Assembly: GCA_964236655.1 (NCBI GenBank)
Contig: CAXSFX010000002.1
Span: forward strand, 3,809 to 67,808
Length of the DNA: 64,000 nucleotides
DNA from: an uncultured Acidobacteriaceae bacterium
GTDB taxonomy: Bacteria; Acidobacteriota; Terriglobia; Terriglobales; Acidobacteriaceae
Direction: 5' to 3'
Part shown: piece after piece, positions 29,011 through 38,661 of the stretch
Layout: every line of letters starts with the position of its first letter
Position numbering within the stretch: the first letter of the stretch is position 1
Translations under genes and position numbers: made by a program
Notes under the pieces: model-generated
Database searches by the model: none
Told to the model about the DNA's origin: nothing
Seen by the model: only the letters and a program-made list of their open reading frames with translations

Positions 29011-29881
29011 GCGCGCCTGTACCCTCGCTTGCCCCGGCTGCACCCTCACCCGCGTCCGCATCCGTATTTAGGTTGCGTAAAAACAAGCGCGTATGCGGTG
29101 CCGCAAACCCTCCTGACGGCATCCCCGAAGCACCATCCAGCTCCATCCGCAACCGCGTGAGTGTCGCCTCTTCATCGACGTCATACCAGGTCGCCAGATG
29201 CGTCAGCTCAAGCCCAAGCTCGCCCGCCCGCTGTTCCGTCTCATCAGCCACAGCGCCCGTGCTCCAGCTAATATCGGCAAACAGCCTCGCATGCGGCTCC
29301 GTAATACCCAGCAGGTAGTAGCCGCCGTCGTCAGAGCGGCCCAGCACCACCGGCTTGCGTGTTGCATCACTCGCCTGCGATGGCGAAAGCTGCAACGGCA
29401 AAATCGGCGACGGCAAAAGCTGCGACGGCAAAAGTGTAACCACCGCACGCACAAATTCAGCAGTAGGCACCGTCGGGCTGTCGGAGTCGATAAGGCACAC
29501 CGCAGAAAAGCCGCACCGGAACAAGTCAGTCGCAGTAGCCAGCAGCCGCTCCCCAAAGCCGTCACCGCGTTGCAACACCAGCAGCGTGTCAGGAGGCAAG
29601 ATGCCCTCAAAGGCAGCTTCCTGCCCCGCAGGCGTGTACGACACTACACAAGCAGCAGGGCACTGCCGCGCAGCTGCACCCAGGTTGGCGAAAGTATCCC
29701 GCAGAAACTCCGCATTGAGCGCGGCTGCCTGCGCAGGCGTAAGCGGCGGGCTCAGCCGGGTTTTCACCTTGCCCGGAATCGGTGCCTTGGCCATCACCGT
29801 AAAGGCGCACTGCCCCGCAAATGCCGCGTCAGGCTCCGCCGGATTGAGAACGCGAAATGGATCGCGGAGGGGGCTGCTCAT
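28997..29881 (-). CDS. DUF2064 / TIGR04282-type nucleotidyl- or glycosyl-transferase (CofC-like fold)
   Basis: MAKAPIPGKVKTRL, QRGDGFGERL, IDSDSPT, LGRSDDGGYYLLG, ISWST and WYDVD motifs. Confidence 0.9.
   Translation of the reverse strand: MSSPLRDPFRVLNPAEPDAAFAGQCAFTVMAKAPIPGKVKTRLSPPLTPAQAAALNAEFLRDTFANLGAAARQCPAACVVSYTPAGQEAAFEGILPPDTLLVLQRGDGFGERLLATATDLFRCGFSAVCLIDSDSPTVPTAEFVRAVVTLLPSQLLPSPILPLQLSPSQASDATRKPVVLGRSDDGGYYLLGITEPHARLFADISWSTGAVADETEQRAGELGLELTHLATWYDVDEEATLTRLRMELDGASGMPSGGFAAPHTRLFLRNLNTDADAGEGAAGASEGTGAHGSR
29375..29434. repeat. In-frame 15-bp tandem repeat x4 inside the DUF2064 gene
   Basis: CTGCGATGGCGAAAG/CTGCAACGGCAAAAT/CGGCGACGGCAAAAG/CTGCGACGGCAAAAG, encoding LLPSQ-LLPSP-ILPLQ-LSPSQ. 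Confidence 0.8.
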
Positions 29882-30561
29882 AAAGCTTTTTCGCACAGCG
29901 CGTACTGGTAGCGCTTGTCCTGCCAGATTTCAACCTTGCTCCACGGCTGCCCGGCAAGCAGCGTCCGAAACTGCGCAGGGCTCAGCACACGGCATCGAAC
30001 CGGCGTCCCCGCGTAGTGCGAGCGGCTGGCAAACCGGCTAAGCGTCCGCATCAGCCACAGCGGCCCCGCGGTTCGCAGCGCCGAAATCGGCTCAGCAACA
30101 AAGAAGACCCCACCGGGCCGCAGCGTTTCAAAAATAGAGCTCAACACGCGGTCGCGTTGCGACAAAATCAGGAACAGCCGCGAAGCAATCGCAGCATCCG
30201 CCAGTTCGAGCGAACTACTCAGGTCCACCGCATCGACCCGCAGAAAGCTGCAGTTCCCCAGCTTGGCGCGATGCGCCCGCAACCGCGCATGCGCCAGCAG
30301 TCGCTCCGATGTATCAACACCCATCGCCTGCACAAACGGAAAGCGCGCCGCCAGCCGGCGCGAGTAAAATCCCGGCCCGCAGCCCACTTCAAGCAGTCTG
30401 ACCTGGGCTCTGCCCTGGGCCTGACCGCCAAGCAGCGGCTCAAGCGCCGCGGCAATGGTATCGGTATGGTCTGCAAACAAGCGTTCGCGGCACAGCGAGT
30501 AGACCCACCAGGCGCGGTCAAAAATAGGATCTGCAACCAATGGTGACGCGCTTGCGCTCAC
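29878..30561 (-). CDS. Class I SAM-dependent methyltransferase
   Basis: LLEVGCGPG motif I, GVDTS, LRPGG; ATGA overlap with the downstream gene; GGAG RBS. Confidence 0.88.
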   Translation of the reverse strand: MSASASPLVADPIFDRAWWVYSLCRERLFADHTDTIAAALEPLLGGQAQGRAQVRLLEVGCGPGFYSRRLAARFPFVQAMGVDTSERLLAHARLRAHRAKLGNCSFLRVDAVDLSSSLELADAAIASRLFLILSQRDRVLSSIFETLRPGGVFFVAEPISALRTAGPLWLMRTLSRFASRSHYAGTPVRCRVLSPAQFRTLLAGQPWSKVEIWQDKRYQYALCEKAL

Positions 30562-30752
30562 GGCTCTCCAAGTCGGGTTCAGTTGGCGTGTTCCCTTGCC
30601 TCAATCCAGCATAACGTGCCCAGTTGCCTGGTATGAAATCGAACGCGTCGGATCGGATGAGATCCGAGCAGGCACTCGGAACTCAGCTTGAGATGCCCTC
30701 ATTGTCATGGCAGGTACGCACAATACATTGCACAACTTGCAAACCCGTCTTC

Positions 30753-31562
30753 TTAATTCACGGATGAAACGGGATAAAGTACCTCATCGGGAACATCTTT
30801 CTTCGGCATGGAAGCTTGTGGCTTAAGCAGGAGAAACGCACTGAACGCCCCAAACACAATGCCGAAAGCCCCTATTTCTATTGCATGAGCTATGCGGATT
30901 TCGCTGGGTAGGTAGGCATTGGGAAGCAGAAGCGGACCCCAACCGCATAAAGCCGCAAACACGTAAGCTGACAACCATACGGCCTGGCTTCGAGATTTTT
31001 GCCACTGTAGAAACCACGGCAGAACGCAGGCAATGTCGAAAAGCCCGCGTAAGGGTACAAGGATTGCAAGCTCCCGTAGAGAAGGCAGGAAGCGACCCGC
31101 GTAAAAGCCCATAATCCATGGCTGAATTGCAATACCGGCTGCAAGATAGGCTACAAAAAAGATAAAAACGAGCAGAGGGATACGCCCGGCCATACCTGTG
31201 GCAATCCTGGCTTGCGGTTGTTTGAAACGGTTTTGGAAAGGCATGAGACGTTCCAGAAGCCAAGCTGCTGCAATCGCCGTAACAAGCCCCTCCGACGCGG
31301 ATTTGAGGGCACCTGCAACTGGAATAACTTTGAAAGCTACAGCTTCCACCAGGTTGCTGGCATAGCTGAGGCCCCAATACATCAGGGCAATCGTTGCTAC
31401 ACCCTGTAGCCGCGAACCGGGGCGCAAGCCGTCGTAAACCGGGACTAAAGCAAGCGCTGTAACCAGGGCTGAAAATACCGTGCCAATTGACCAATGAACA
31501 AGCAATGTATCGACTAGCACAAGAAAAACAGTGACCGCTGCAAACCCGGATACTTTATGCAT
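30753..31562 (-). CDS. Hypothetical multi-pass membrane protein (lower GC)
   Basis: 269-aa ORF with about 8 hydrophobic segments; AGGA RBS. Confidence 0.7.
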   Translation of the reverse strand: MHKVSGFAAVTVFLVLVDTLLVHWSIGTVFSALVTALALVPVYDGLRPGSRLQGVATIALMYWGLSYASNLVEAVAFKVIPVAGALKSASEGLVTAIAAAWLLERLMPFQNRFKQPQARIATGMAGRIPLLVFIFFVAYLAAGIAIQPWIMGFYAGRFLPSLRELAILVPLRGLFDIACVLPWFLQWQKSRSQAVWLSAYVFAALCGWGPLLLPNAYLPSEIRIAHAIEIGAFGIVFGAFSAFLLLKPQASMPKKDVPDEVLYPVSSVN

Positions 31563-31644
31563 AGTCAGTCCTTTGACAAATCAATATAGGAGCTGAACTC
31601 AGGATGAAGCAACATAGAAACTAAATCCAGAACGAAGCAAGCCT

Positions 31645-34600
31645 CTACCGGGCACTCTCCCACCCGTAGCTCGCCGCCAACTCACCCGTATCCCGCACCA
31701 ACAGCAGGGCGGCGCGCCCGGCGCCAAGCGTCCCGGAGAAGCTCTTCCCGCTGCGCTCATCCTGAAACGCAACCGGCATGGTGCCGGTTTCTGAAGTCAG
31801 CACATAGAGCGTGGCATGGGGCAGCTTCGTCGGGCAAATCAGAACGCCTGGAGTCTTAACCCCGGTCTTGTACATAGGCTGTACCCCTGCGGTCTTCAGC
31901 GCATAGGCATACACAGCCGCAACCGCATCCATGTTGCTGTTCAGCTCCAGCGGCAACGCAGAAAACAGGATTCGCCCCTTGCCCAGCGGCAGCTCGGCCC
32001 AGGTTTTGCCGTCGGGCAGCACGGCACGGTCCAGCCCTGTTGTCTTACCCCCGAACTCCAGCTCCCAAGCCCCGGCAGGCGACTCCAGCAGCTGCTCACG
32101 CTGCTGAAGCGGTACAAGCACCTCCTTCAGCCCCAGCGTTTCAGCCCGATCCGTCGCATGCAGGTGCTCATCCGCGCTAAACGGCCCGGTCACCAGCAGC
32201 ACCGCACCGGCCCGCACCCGCGCCTCAATATCGCTCCAAGCCTTGTCTGTGAGCCCGTAAGCGCACGGCAGCAAAATCAGCTTCGGCGTGTCCAGTGTGT
32301 TGAACAAGTCAGTCTGGTACTCGCCCACCGCATACGCCTCCGCCCGGCTGTACCCATACAGCACGCGCACCGCCGTCTGCTGCGCCTCCAGTGCCTGCGC
32401 CTTCAGCACAGAAAGTTGCAGTGACTGCGGCAGCACAATCGCCACTTCAGGCAGCGTCAGCCCGGTCGCATACGGCGCAGCCGCCGCGGCAAAGCGCCCC
32501 ATCTCGCGCATCATGCCCTCCCACACTTTCGCCGAGCCATCCGAGCGCTGCATGCCGAAGTCCACCTCCCGCGCCCAGTCCCACTGCACCGCGCCCGACG
32601 AGCCCGCGGCAAAGCCCAGCGCCCACTTGCGCTCCATCAGTGCCGTACCGGTCAGCTCGTCATAGCGCCAACCGCCGTCCGGGTTCCATGCAGGCTGGTA
32701 GCCGGTCTCGCCCGTAATGTTGGGCATGCCGGGCCGCTTGGCCGCAAGGGAGTCCCACAACAGCGCATCGTCCTGCCAGTAAGTATGGTTCGTGGTAAAC
32801 GCAACCCCCGCCGTGGCATAAAACTGGTTCAACACGCGATCCGTCACGCCGCCCTCATCCTGGCCCACATTCACCGGCTGCGTGCTGCCCGTCGCACGAA
32901 TAGCCGCCACCATCCCCCGCACCCAACCTGAAAAGCTGTCCTGCGCAAACAGGTTGTAGTCCAGCGCCCGCGCCTCTCCGGCATTTCCATAGCGGCTGTA
33001 GCCCAGGTCCGCAGGCTTCGGCAGCGGGATGCTGCTCCACCCCCCAAGGCTCTCCGGCGTCACCCGCCACGCATCCGCCAGCTTCGGCAGACTGCGGTAG
33101 TGTGTTTCAAGCCAACCCTGCCACGCACTCAGCTCCGTCGGGTCGCCGTTCGGTACATTGCCGTGGAAAATGGTGCGCGAATTCGAGAACGACGGCTCGT
33201 TGATAAGGTCCCATGAAAGCCACGGCACCTTGCGGAACCGCCGCACCACCGACTCCACATAAGCCTGCTCGGCAGCCACGGTCCCGGCATCCAGGTAAGG
33301 GTTGGGCGGCATCGGAGCAGCGCCGTCACCCTTGCCTGCCTCACCTGCCGGGTGGTGCTCGCCTGTGCCCGGCACAAACGCAAAGCAGGTAAAGTTCACC
33401 ACCATGTTGTGCCGGTGCGCCGCCGCCAGGTACGCTTCCAGGTTGCGCAGAAAACGCTCATTCACCCCACCGGTCGCAGGCTCGATAAACTTCGCATTCG
33501 ACATCCACACCCCCGTGCGGACGAAGTTCACACCGTGCCGCTCCATATCGGCAAAGTCGCGCTCCCACACCGCATCGTTACGCGGCCCGGAGAAATCCCA
33601 GCCGTTCTCCTCCGTCGTGAAGTAGTTGGTGCCTACAGGCAAAAACGGCTTGCCGCCAAGCGACAGAAAGTCCCCATGCGTACCCAGCGCCGCCCCGGTT
33701 GCAAGCGCATCTGCTTCTTCGACCACAAACCCGTTCTCGGCAAACTCCTGCGGCCTCTCACCCGCTTTACCCCACACAGCGCGCACCGTGTACAAGCCCA
33801 CCGGCAGCGGCTTGCGAAAGGGAACCGGCACATCGGTTTCCCCCGCGCCCAGCGACAGCTTCACTGTCTCCAGCACCGCACCATCGCGCAGCAACTCGAC
33901 CTTTGCACTACCCGGGACGCCTCCAAACACGCCTCCCGCGCCCGCAGCCCCACGCAGGTGCAGCGTCAGCTCCGGCACCTCGCCGGGCCGCAGCGCGCTG
34001 TACTTGGCCTCAAGCGAAAGGCTCACCGCCCCCGCCGCCGCATACCGCGCAGCCGTGCGGATCAGGCTCACACCGTCGCTCGATCCCCAGTAACCCGGCG
34101 CAGGGGTAAACGGCAGCGCCACCACCCGCCCTCCGCCCCCGCCCGCCTCCGCATGTTCCGAACGATCCGTATGATCCGCCAGATCCGCCGTAATCACCGG
34201 GGCCGCCAGGTGAGTGCCGTCCGCCGCATCCAGGTAGCCCAGCCCTTGCAGCCTGCCTTCCTCCGCAAACACAACCTGTGCCTTCACAGCAACCGGCGGC
34301 AAAAACTCATACCCCGCCCGCCAGTGAAAGTGCCCCGCCCCGGTCCCCCCAGGTATCTCGCGCGACCCCAGCGGAACAGCGTAGCTATGCCGAAAATCAA
34401 GCACCCGGCTATAGCTGTCCTGCGGTGCCTCCGTCACAAACTCACCCTCGCGCTCCCCCAGCACCGGCACCCGCAGCGGCTGCCCGCCCAGCAGCAGCAG
34501 GTTGCCGCCGCCATGCAGGTACCGCTCGATCGAAGACCACGCCGCCGCCGGCACCGCCGAGCCATACGGCAACACCAGCAGGGTCGCCCCCTTCAGCACC

Positions 34601-34797
34601 GCCCCCTCCCGTAGCTGAACGATATCCGCAAACACCGCAGGTCTATCGATCCCGCCCAGCGCCCCAGCCAGCACCGCCCGGGGCACCCGCTCGCTCGCCA
34701 CAGTAGGAAAACCCGCCTGCTCAAAAACCACGGTGCCCCCCTGCCCCCACACCGGCAGCGCAAATGCCGCAAGCAAAGCCGTTACAAAAACACGCAT
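31645..34797 (-). CDS. Secreted clan GH-A glycoside hydrolase (GH5/GH42-like) with GATase-like accessory domains
   Basis: Signal peptide; GKPFLPVGTNY, DFADM..GVNFVR, WDLINEP (acid/base), GETG (nucleophile candidate), C-terminal KLILLP..GAVLLVTG. Confidence 0.8.
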   Translation of the reverse strand: MRVFVTALLAAFALPVWGQGGTVVFEQAGFPTVASERVPRAVLAGALGGIDRPAVFADIVQLREGAVLKGATLLVLPYGSAVPAAAWSSIERYLHGGGNLLLLGGQPLRVPVLGEREGEFVTEAPQDSYSRVLDFRHSYAVPLGSREIPGGTGAGHFHWRAGYEFLPPVAVKAQVVFAEEGRLQGLGYLDAADGTHLAAPVITADLADHTDRSEHAEAGGGGGRVVALPFTPAPGYWGSSDGVSLIRTAARYAAAGAVSLSLEAKYSALRPGEVPELTLHLRGAAGAGGVFGGVPGSAKVELLRDGAVLETVKLSLGAGETDVPVPFRKPLPVGLYTVRAVWGKAGERPQEFAENGFVVEEADALATGAALGTHGDFLSLGGKPFLPVGTNYFTTEENGWDFSGPRNDAVWERDFADMERHGVNFVRTGVWMSNAKFIEPATGGVNERFLRNLEAYLAAAHRHNMVVNFTCFAFVPGTGEHHPAGEAGKGDGAAPMPPNPYLDAGTVAAEQAYVESVVRRFRKVPWLSWDLINEPSFSNSRTIFHGNVPNGDPTELSAWQGWLETHYRSLPKLADAWRVTPESLGGWSSIPLPKPADLGYSRYGNAGEARALDYNLFAQDSFSGWVRGMVAAIRATGSTQPVNVGQDEGGVTDRVLNQFYATAGVAFTTNHTYWQDDALLWDSLAAKRPGMPNITGETGYQPAWNPDGGWRYDELTGTALMERKWALGFAAGSSGAVQWDWAREVDFGMQRSDGSAKVWEGMMREMGRFAAAAAPYATGLTLPEVAIVLPQSLQLSVLKAQALEAQQTAVRVLYGYSRAEAYAVGEYQTDLFNTLDTPKLILLPCAYGLTDKAWSDIEARVRAGAVLLVTGPFSADEHLHATDRAETLGLKEVLVPLQQREQLLESPAGAWELEFGGKTTGLDRAVLPDGKTWAELPLGKGRILFSALPLELNSNMDAVAAVYAYALKTAGVQPMYKTGVKTPGVLICPTKLPHATLYVLTSETGTMPVAFQDERSGKSFSGTLGAGRAALLLVRDTGELAASYGWESAR

Positions 34798-34943
34798 GCC
34801 GGCCCCTCGAAGAGAATCCGGACAACTTCCAAAACAGCACTAACCACTACATTTCGCAAGGCAAAGCCCTCGCAGCATGTCTCCAGCCCACAAATTCTAA
34901 TGCCGACGTGAACCTGCATTGAAACTCCAGGTAAAAACAGGTG

Positions 34944-34973
34944 TTGACAATCGGACGATAGAGAAACCATACT
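34944..34973 (+). promoter_or_regulatory. Sigma70-type promoter for the TonB receptor
   Basis: TTGACA (34944-34949), 18-nt spacer, CATACT (34968-34973). Confidence 0.55.
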
Positions 34974-35019
34974 TCGCGTCGAGCTGCAAGTTCGCTGTTT
35001 TATAAGCTTTTAATTTCTA

Positions 35020-35037
35020 CGTGGGATCGCTACCACG
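35020..35037. promoter_or_regulatory. Candidate LacI-family operator
   Basis: CGTGGGATCGCTACCACG, an imperfect palindrome with central CG. Confidence 0.55.
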
Positions 35038-35096
35038 CCAGTGCGAGAGTAATGCTCCCGTACTGCAGAGTGCAATATGCGATTCATGAGGCCGGC

Positions 35097-38000
35097 ATGC
35101 AAGTGAAACAAGGTTTTCTTCGCGCATCTTTTATCTTCTTCCTGGCAATGGCGGGTGCCACCTCTCTGCTTGCGCAGAATGGGACGATCCAGGGCACTGT
35201 CACCGACCCTTCAGGCGCGGTCATCCCGAACGCCACAGTCGACGCAACCGACCAGGACAAGGGCGTGCTCATACGTGAGGTTCAATCCGGCAAAAATGGT
35301 GAGTTTCAGCTCCAGCCGCTGCCGCCGGGCAATTACAGCATCAAGATAACCGCCGCAGGCTTGGAAACACTTGAGCGACCGAATGTCCCTCTGGAACTCT
35401 CGCAAACACTCAACCTCGGGCAACTGGCATTGACTGTCGGACGCGCGGACACAACAGTTGTTGTAAACACTGCGCCTGACTTGATCGAAACAACAACATC
35501 GGAACATTCGGAAGTCATTACCTCCAAGGAAGTTACAGAGACTCCCTTGAATGGGCGCGATTTTACCTCGCTTATCCGCACACTGCCGGGTATCGTCTCC
35601 AACCAGGTTTCCGACTTCAATCTGAGTTTCAACTCCACAACAGGTTTCTTCGTCAACGGCTATCGCAGCAGTGCGAACAACATCTATCTTGACGGCGCGA
35701 TTAACACCGATGTGGGTGCCAATGATGGCGAGTACACCCAACTCAGCCTGGATGCCGTCGGCGAATTTAAAGTGCTTTCCGGCAATTACAATGCAGAGTA
35801 CGGTCGCAGTCCCGGCGTCAACATCCAGATCAATACCAAAAGCGGCACCCGGCAGTTTCATGGCACCCTGTATGACTTCAACCGCAACGATTTCTATGAT
35901 GCGAATAAGTACGAGTTCAACAACGCAGGCAACAAGATTCCCAAGCTGCGCTACAACCAGTTTGGAGGCAATCTCGGCGGTCCCATTTATATACCGAAGT
36001 TTTCCTCCGGCGATCATAAAAAGCTGTTCTTCTTCTATAACTATGAAGGTACGCGAGCGACGCGGCCCAATCCGGCACCGGCCACCGGCCGCGCTGCTTT
36101 TGACATCCCCGCGCAGGCTCAGCTGACCGGCGATTTCTCCTCCCTGTACCGGTCAGGTGCCAGCACCGCGCCGGGCTTCCAGAACGGCCAAATCTTCAAA
36201 CCCGGAACGATAACTCGTGACTCGGGCGGTAACATCACCGGCGGCGTTCCATATGTCGGAAACATCATTCCTGCATCTCAATTCAGCAGGCAGGCTCCAG
36301 CTTGGCAAAAGCTTCTGGGACGCGCCTACACGTTCGGCCCAAACCGCCAGGTCGCCGGTGATCCTTCCCAGGTAGAAGTCTCTTTTCAGGACGCGTACCA
36401 GTTCACCAAGGACCAAAATGCGCTGCGTGTCGACTACGCTCTCAATGACAAATCCAATGTGTTTTTCCGGTGGGTCAATGACTCTCAGCAGGAATCGCAA
36501 CAGTTCGGCATCTTTGGTTACAACGCTTTTCCTATCCTCCCGGAATTTCGTAACAAGCCGGGCGCAAGCTGGGCTATAGGCTTTAACAATGTACTCAACC
36601 CGACTCTCACCAACGAAGCCATTTTTCAATTCAACCATCTAACCCAGCGCGTTGACGTCAACACGCCGGTGGCTAACTACGATCAGACTGACCTCGGCTT
36701 CACCTTCCAGCAGCTTTACCCGGGTACCAATATTCGCAACAAATACCCGGGCTTCAACGCGGGCGGCTTCTTTGATAACAGCTTTCCTCCCGGTTGGCAT
36801 AGCGAGGGCAGGACGCTTGGCATCACAGACACTATCTCGAAGACCATAGGCGTACATACTCTCAAGGCCGGCGGCTTTATCAATGAGGTCAAGTCGGCTC
36901 AGCAGCCATCCTTTACAGAGGCACCGTTTTTTGACTTCAGCTCCGGCCAGTCAAACGCCAATGACACTGGCAATCCGGTAGCCAACCTGCTGCTTGGTAA
37001 CTACCAAACCGCCAGCCAGACAAATGGTGTCTTCTACGGCGACTTCAAGTTCTATCAGTGGGAAATCTTTGCCCAGGACACATGGCGCGCGACCCCGCGT
37101 CTGACGCTCGACTATGGCCTTCGTTACGCCTATCTGGGGCCGACGTACACCTATGGGCCATTCCTGCAAAATTACTTTGATCCGACACGCTACAACCCGG
37201 CCAATGCGGCTACCCTACAGCTCACCGGCGGTCGCACGCAAGGCAGTATCGTCTCAGGCGATCCATTCAACGGCATTGTGCAAGAAGGTACCAACGGCAT
37301 TCCTTTAGGCCTTGCGCAGCACCGCTATAACAATTTCCAGCCTCGCGTCGGTTTCGCCTATGACCTCTTCGGTAATGGTAGGACTGCATTCCGCGGAGGC
37401 GCAGGTATCTTCAACGAGCGTATCCGGCAGAACAACCAAAGCTTTGATGGCCTCGGCAACCCGCCGTTGTCTTATACTCCGCAGCTTTTCAACGGCAATA
37501 TCGACAATTTCTCGCCCAATCTTGTAAACGGTACAAACCGTTTTCCAGTAGGAATCAACGCCTTTGACAAGGCCGGTCAAATTCCCACCTACTACGGATA
37601 CAACCTGGGTATTCAGCAGCAGCTGCCATATAACGTGGTTGCGTCCATTACTTACGTCGGCAACACCGGTCGGCATGAGCAATACTCTTATAACTTGAAT
37701 ACATTGCCGGTAGGCTCAACGACCACCCCGACCGGCCCCGATGGCCAGAACCTGCTTTCAAGCGTAAATGGAGTTGCAAACGCGCTTGTTCCGTACAAGG
37801 GATACTCAAGTATCTTCTATACCAAATACGATGCAAGCTCCAATTACAACGGTCTGCAGACGCAGCTTCAACGTCGCTTCAGCAGAAATCTGGTGATCAC
37901 GGCTGACTATACATTCAGCAAGGCAATTGATCTTACGGATGACGACAATGTCACCAACGAAATTCTGGACGCCTACAATCCGCAGCGGGATCGTGCTGTT

Positions 38001-38579
38001 GCGGGATACGACCGGACCAACGTCTTCAATGTCAACTACGTCTATACCGCGCCTGCTTTACTGAACCGTGACTTGCTTTTCCGGAGTGTTTTAGGCGGTT
38101 GGGAACTTAGCGGTATCTCGCGTTTCTGGAGCGGTGAACCGTTTACAGTTACCGCAAACGGCAATGCAGGTAATCTCAGTGGCTCAGGTGTTCGTGCGGA
38201 CTACAATCCACGAGCCGGCGGTACGCTCTTCACGAAAACCTATACACAATACTTTAACCCGTTGTTCTTCTCGCGCCCCCTGGATGGGTCACTCGGTAAT
38301 ACCGGACGCAATCAGTTCCGCGGACCGGGTATTAATAACTGGAACATCTCGGTGTACAAGAATTTCACTTTTACCGAGCGCACTCGTCTACAGCTCCGGC
38401 TTGATACCTTCAATACTTTCAACCACACACAATTTGCAACGCTTATTACAAATATCAATGGCCCTGTACCCGGGGCTACACCTACAACCGGTGCCAATGG
38501 AACTGTTGGTAACTCGGGCTCCGTTAGTGCTACTTACGATCCACGCAATATCCAACTGGCTGGAAAGTTTTTCTTTTAA
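35097..38579 (+). CDS. TonB-dependent receptor (CarboxypepD_reg/Oar-like)
   Basis: IQGTVTDPSGAVIPNA, TPLNGRDF, DAVGEFKV, AEYGRS, KSGTRQFHG; C-terminal RNIQLAGKFFF. Confidence 0.93.
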   Translation: MQVKQGFLRASFIFFLAMAGATSLLAQNGTIQGTVTDPSGAVIPNATVDATDQDKGVLIREVQSGKNGEFQLQPLPPGNYSIKITAAGLETLERPNVPLELSQTLNLGQLALTVGRADTTVVVNTAPDLIETTTSEHSEVITSKEVTETPLNGRDFTSLIRTLPGIVSNQVSDFNLSFNSTTGFFVNGYRSSANNIYLDGAINTDVGANDGEYTQLSLDAVGEFKVLSGNYNAEYGRSPGVNIQINTKSGTRQFHGTLYDFNRNDFYDANKYEFNNAGNKIPKLRYNQFGGNLGGPIYIPKFSSGDHKKLFFFYNYEGTRATRPNPAPATGRAAFDIPAQAQLTGDFSSLYRSGASTAPGFQNGQIFKPGTITRDSGGNITGGVPYVGNIIPASQFSRQAPAWQKLLGRAYTFGPNRQVAGDPSQVEVSFQDAYQFTKDQNALRVDYALNDKSNVFFRWVNDSQQESQQFGIFGYNAFPILPEFRNKPGASWAIGFNNVLNPTLTNEAIFQFNHLTQRVDVNTPVANYDQTDLGFTFQQLYPGTNIRNKYPGFNAGGFFDNSFPPGWHSEGRTLGITDTISKTIGVHTLKAGGFINEVKSAQQPSFTEAPFFDFSSGQSNANDTGNPVANLLLGNYQTASQTNGVFYGDFKFYQWEIFAQDTWRATPRLTLDYGLRYAYLGPTYTYGPFLQNYFDPTRYNPANAATLQLTGGRTQGSIVSGDPFNGIVQEGTNGIPLGLAQHRYNNFQPRVGFAYDLFGNGRTAFRGGAGIFNERIRQNNQSFDGLGNPPLSYTPQLFNGNIDNFSPNLVNGTNRFPVGINAFDKAGQIPTYYGYNLGIQQQLPYNVVASITYVGNTGRHEQYSYNLNTLPVGSTTTPTGPDGQNLLSSVNGVANALVPYKGYSSIFYTKYDASSNYNGLQTQLQRRFSRNLVITADYTFSKAIDLTDDDNVTNEILDAYNPQRDRAVAGYDRTNVFNVNYVYTAPALLNRDLLFRSVLGGWELSGISRFWSGEPFTVTANGNAGNLSGSGVRADYNPRAGGTLFTKTYTQYFNPLFFSRPLDGSLGNTGRNQFRGPGINNWNISVYKNFTFTERTRLQLRLDTFNTFNHTQFATLITNINGPVPGATPTTGANGTVGNSGSVSATYDPRNIQLAGKFFF

Positions 38580-38597
38580 CGCTTGAATCCATGTCTG

Positions 38598-38640
38598 ACA
38601 AGGCCGCACCCTGACGAGACACAATAGGATGCGGCCTTGT
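38598..38640 (+). terminator. Stem-loop after the TonB receptor (terminator or stabiliser)
   Basis: ACAAGGCCGCA ... TGCGGCCTTGT 11-bp inverted repeat. Confidence 0.55.
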
Positions 38641-38661
38641 TATGGATTTCGGAGAAATACC

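Noticed and set aside
26869-30561. Arsenosugar biosynthesis cluster
   Set aside because: No radical-SAM ArsS, and the methyltransferase cannot be identified as ArsM from its sequence; the DUF2064 annotation alone is insufficient.
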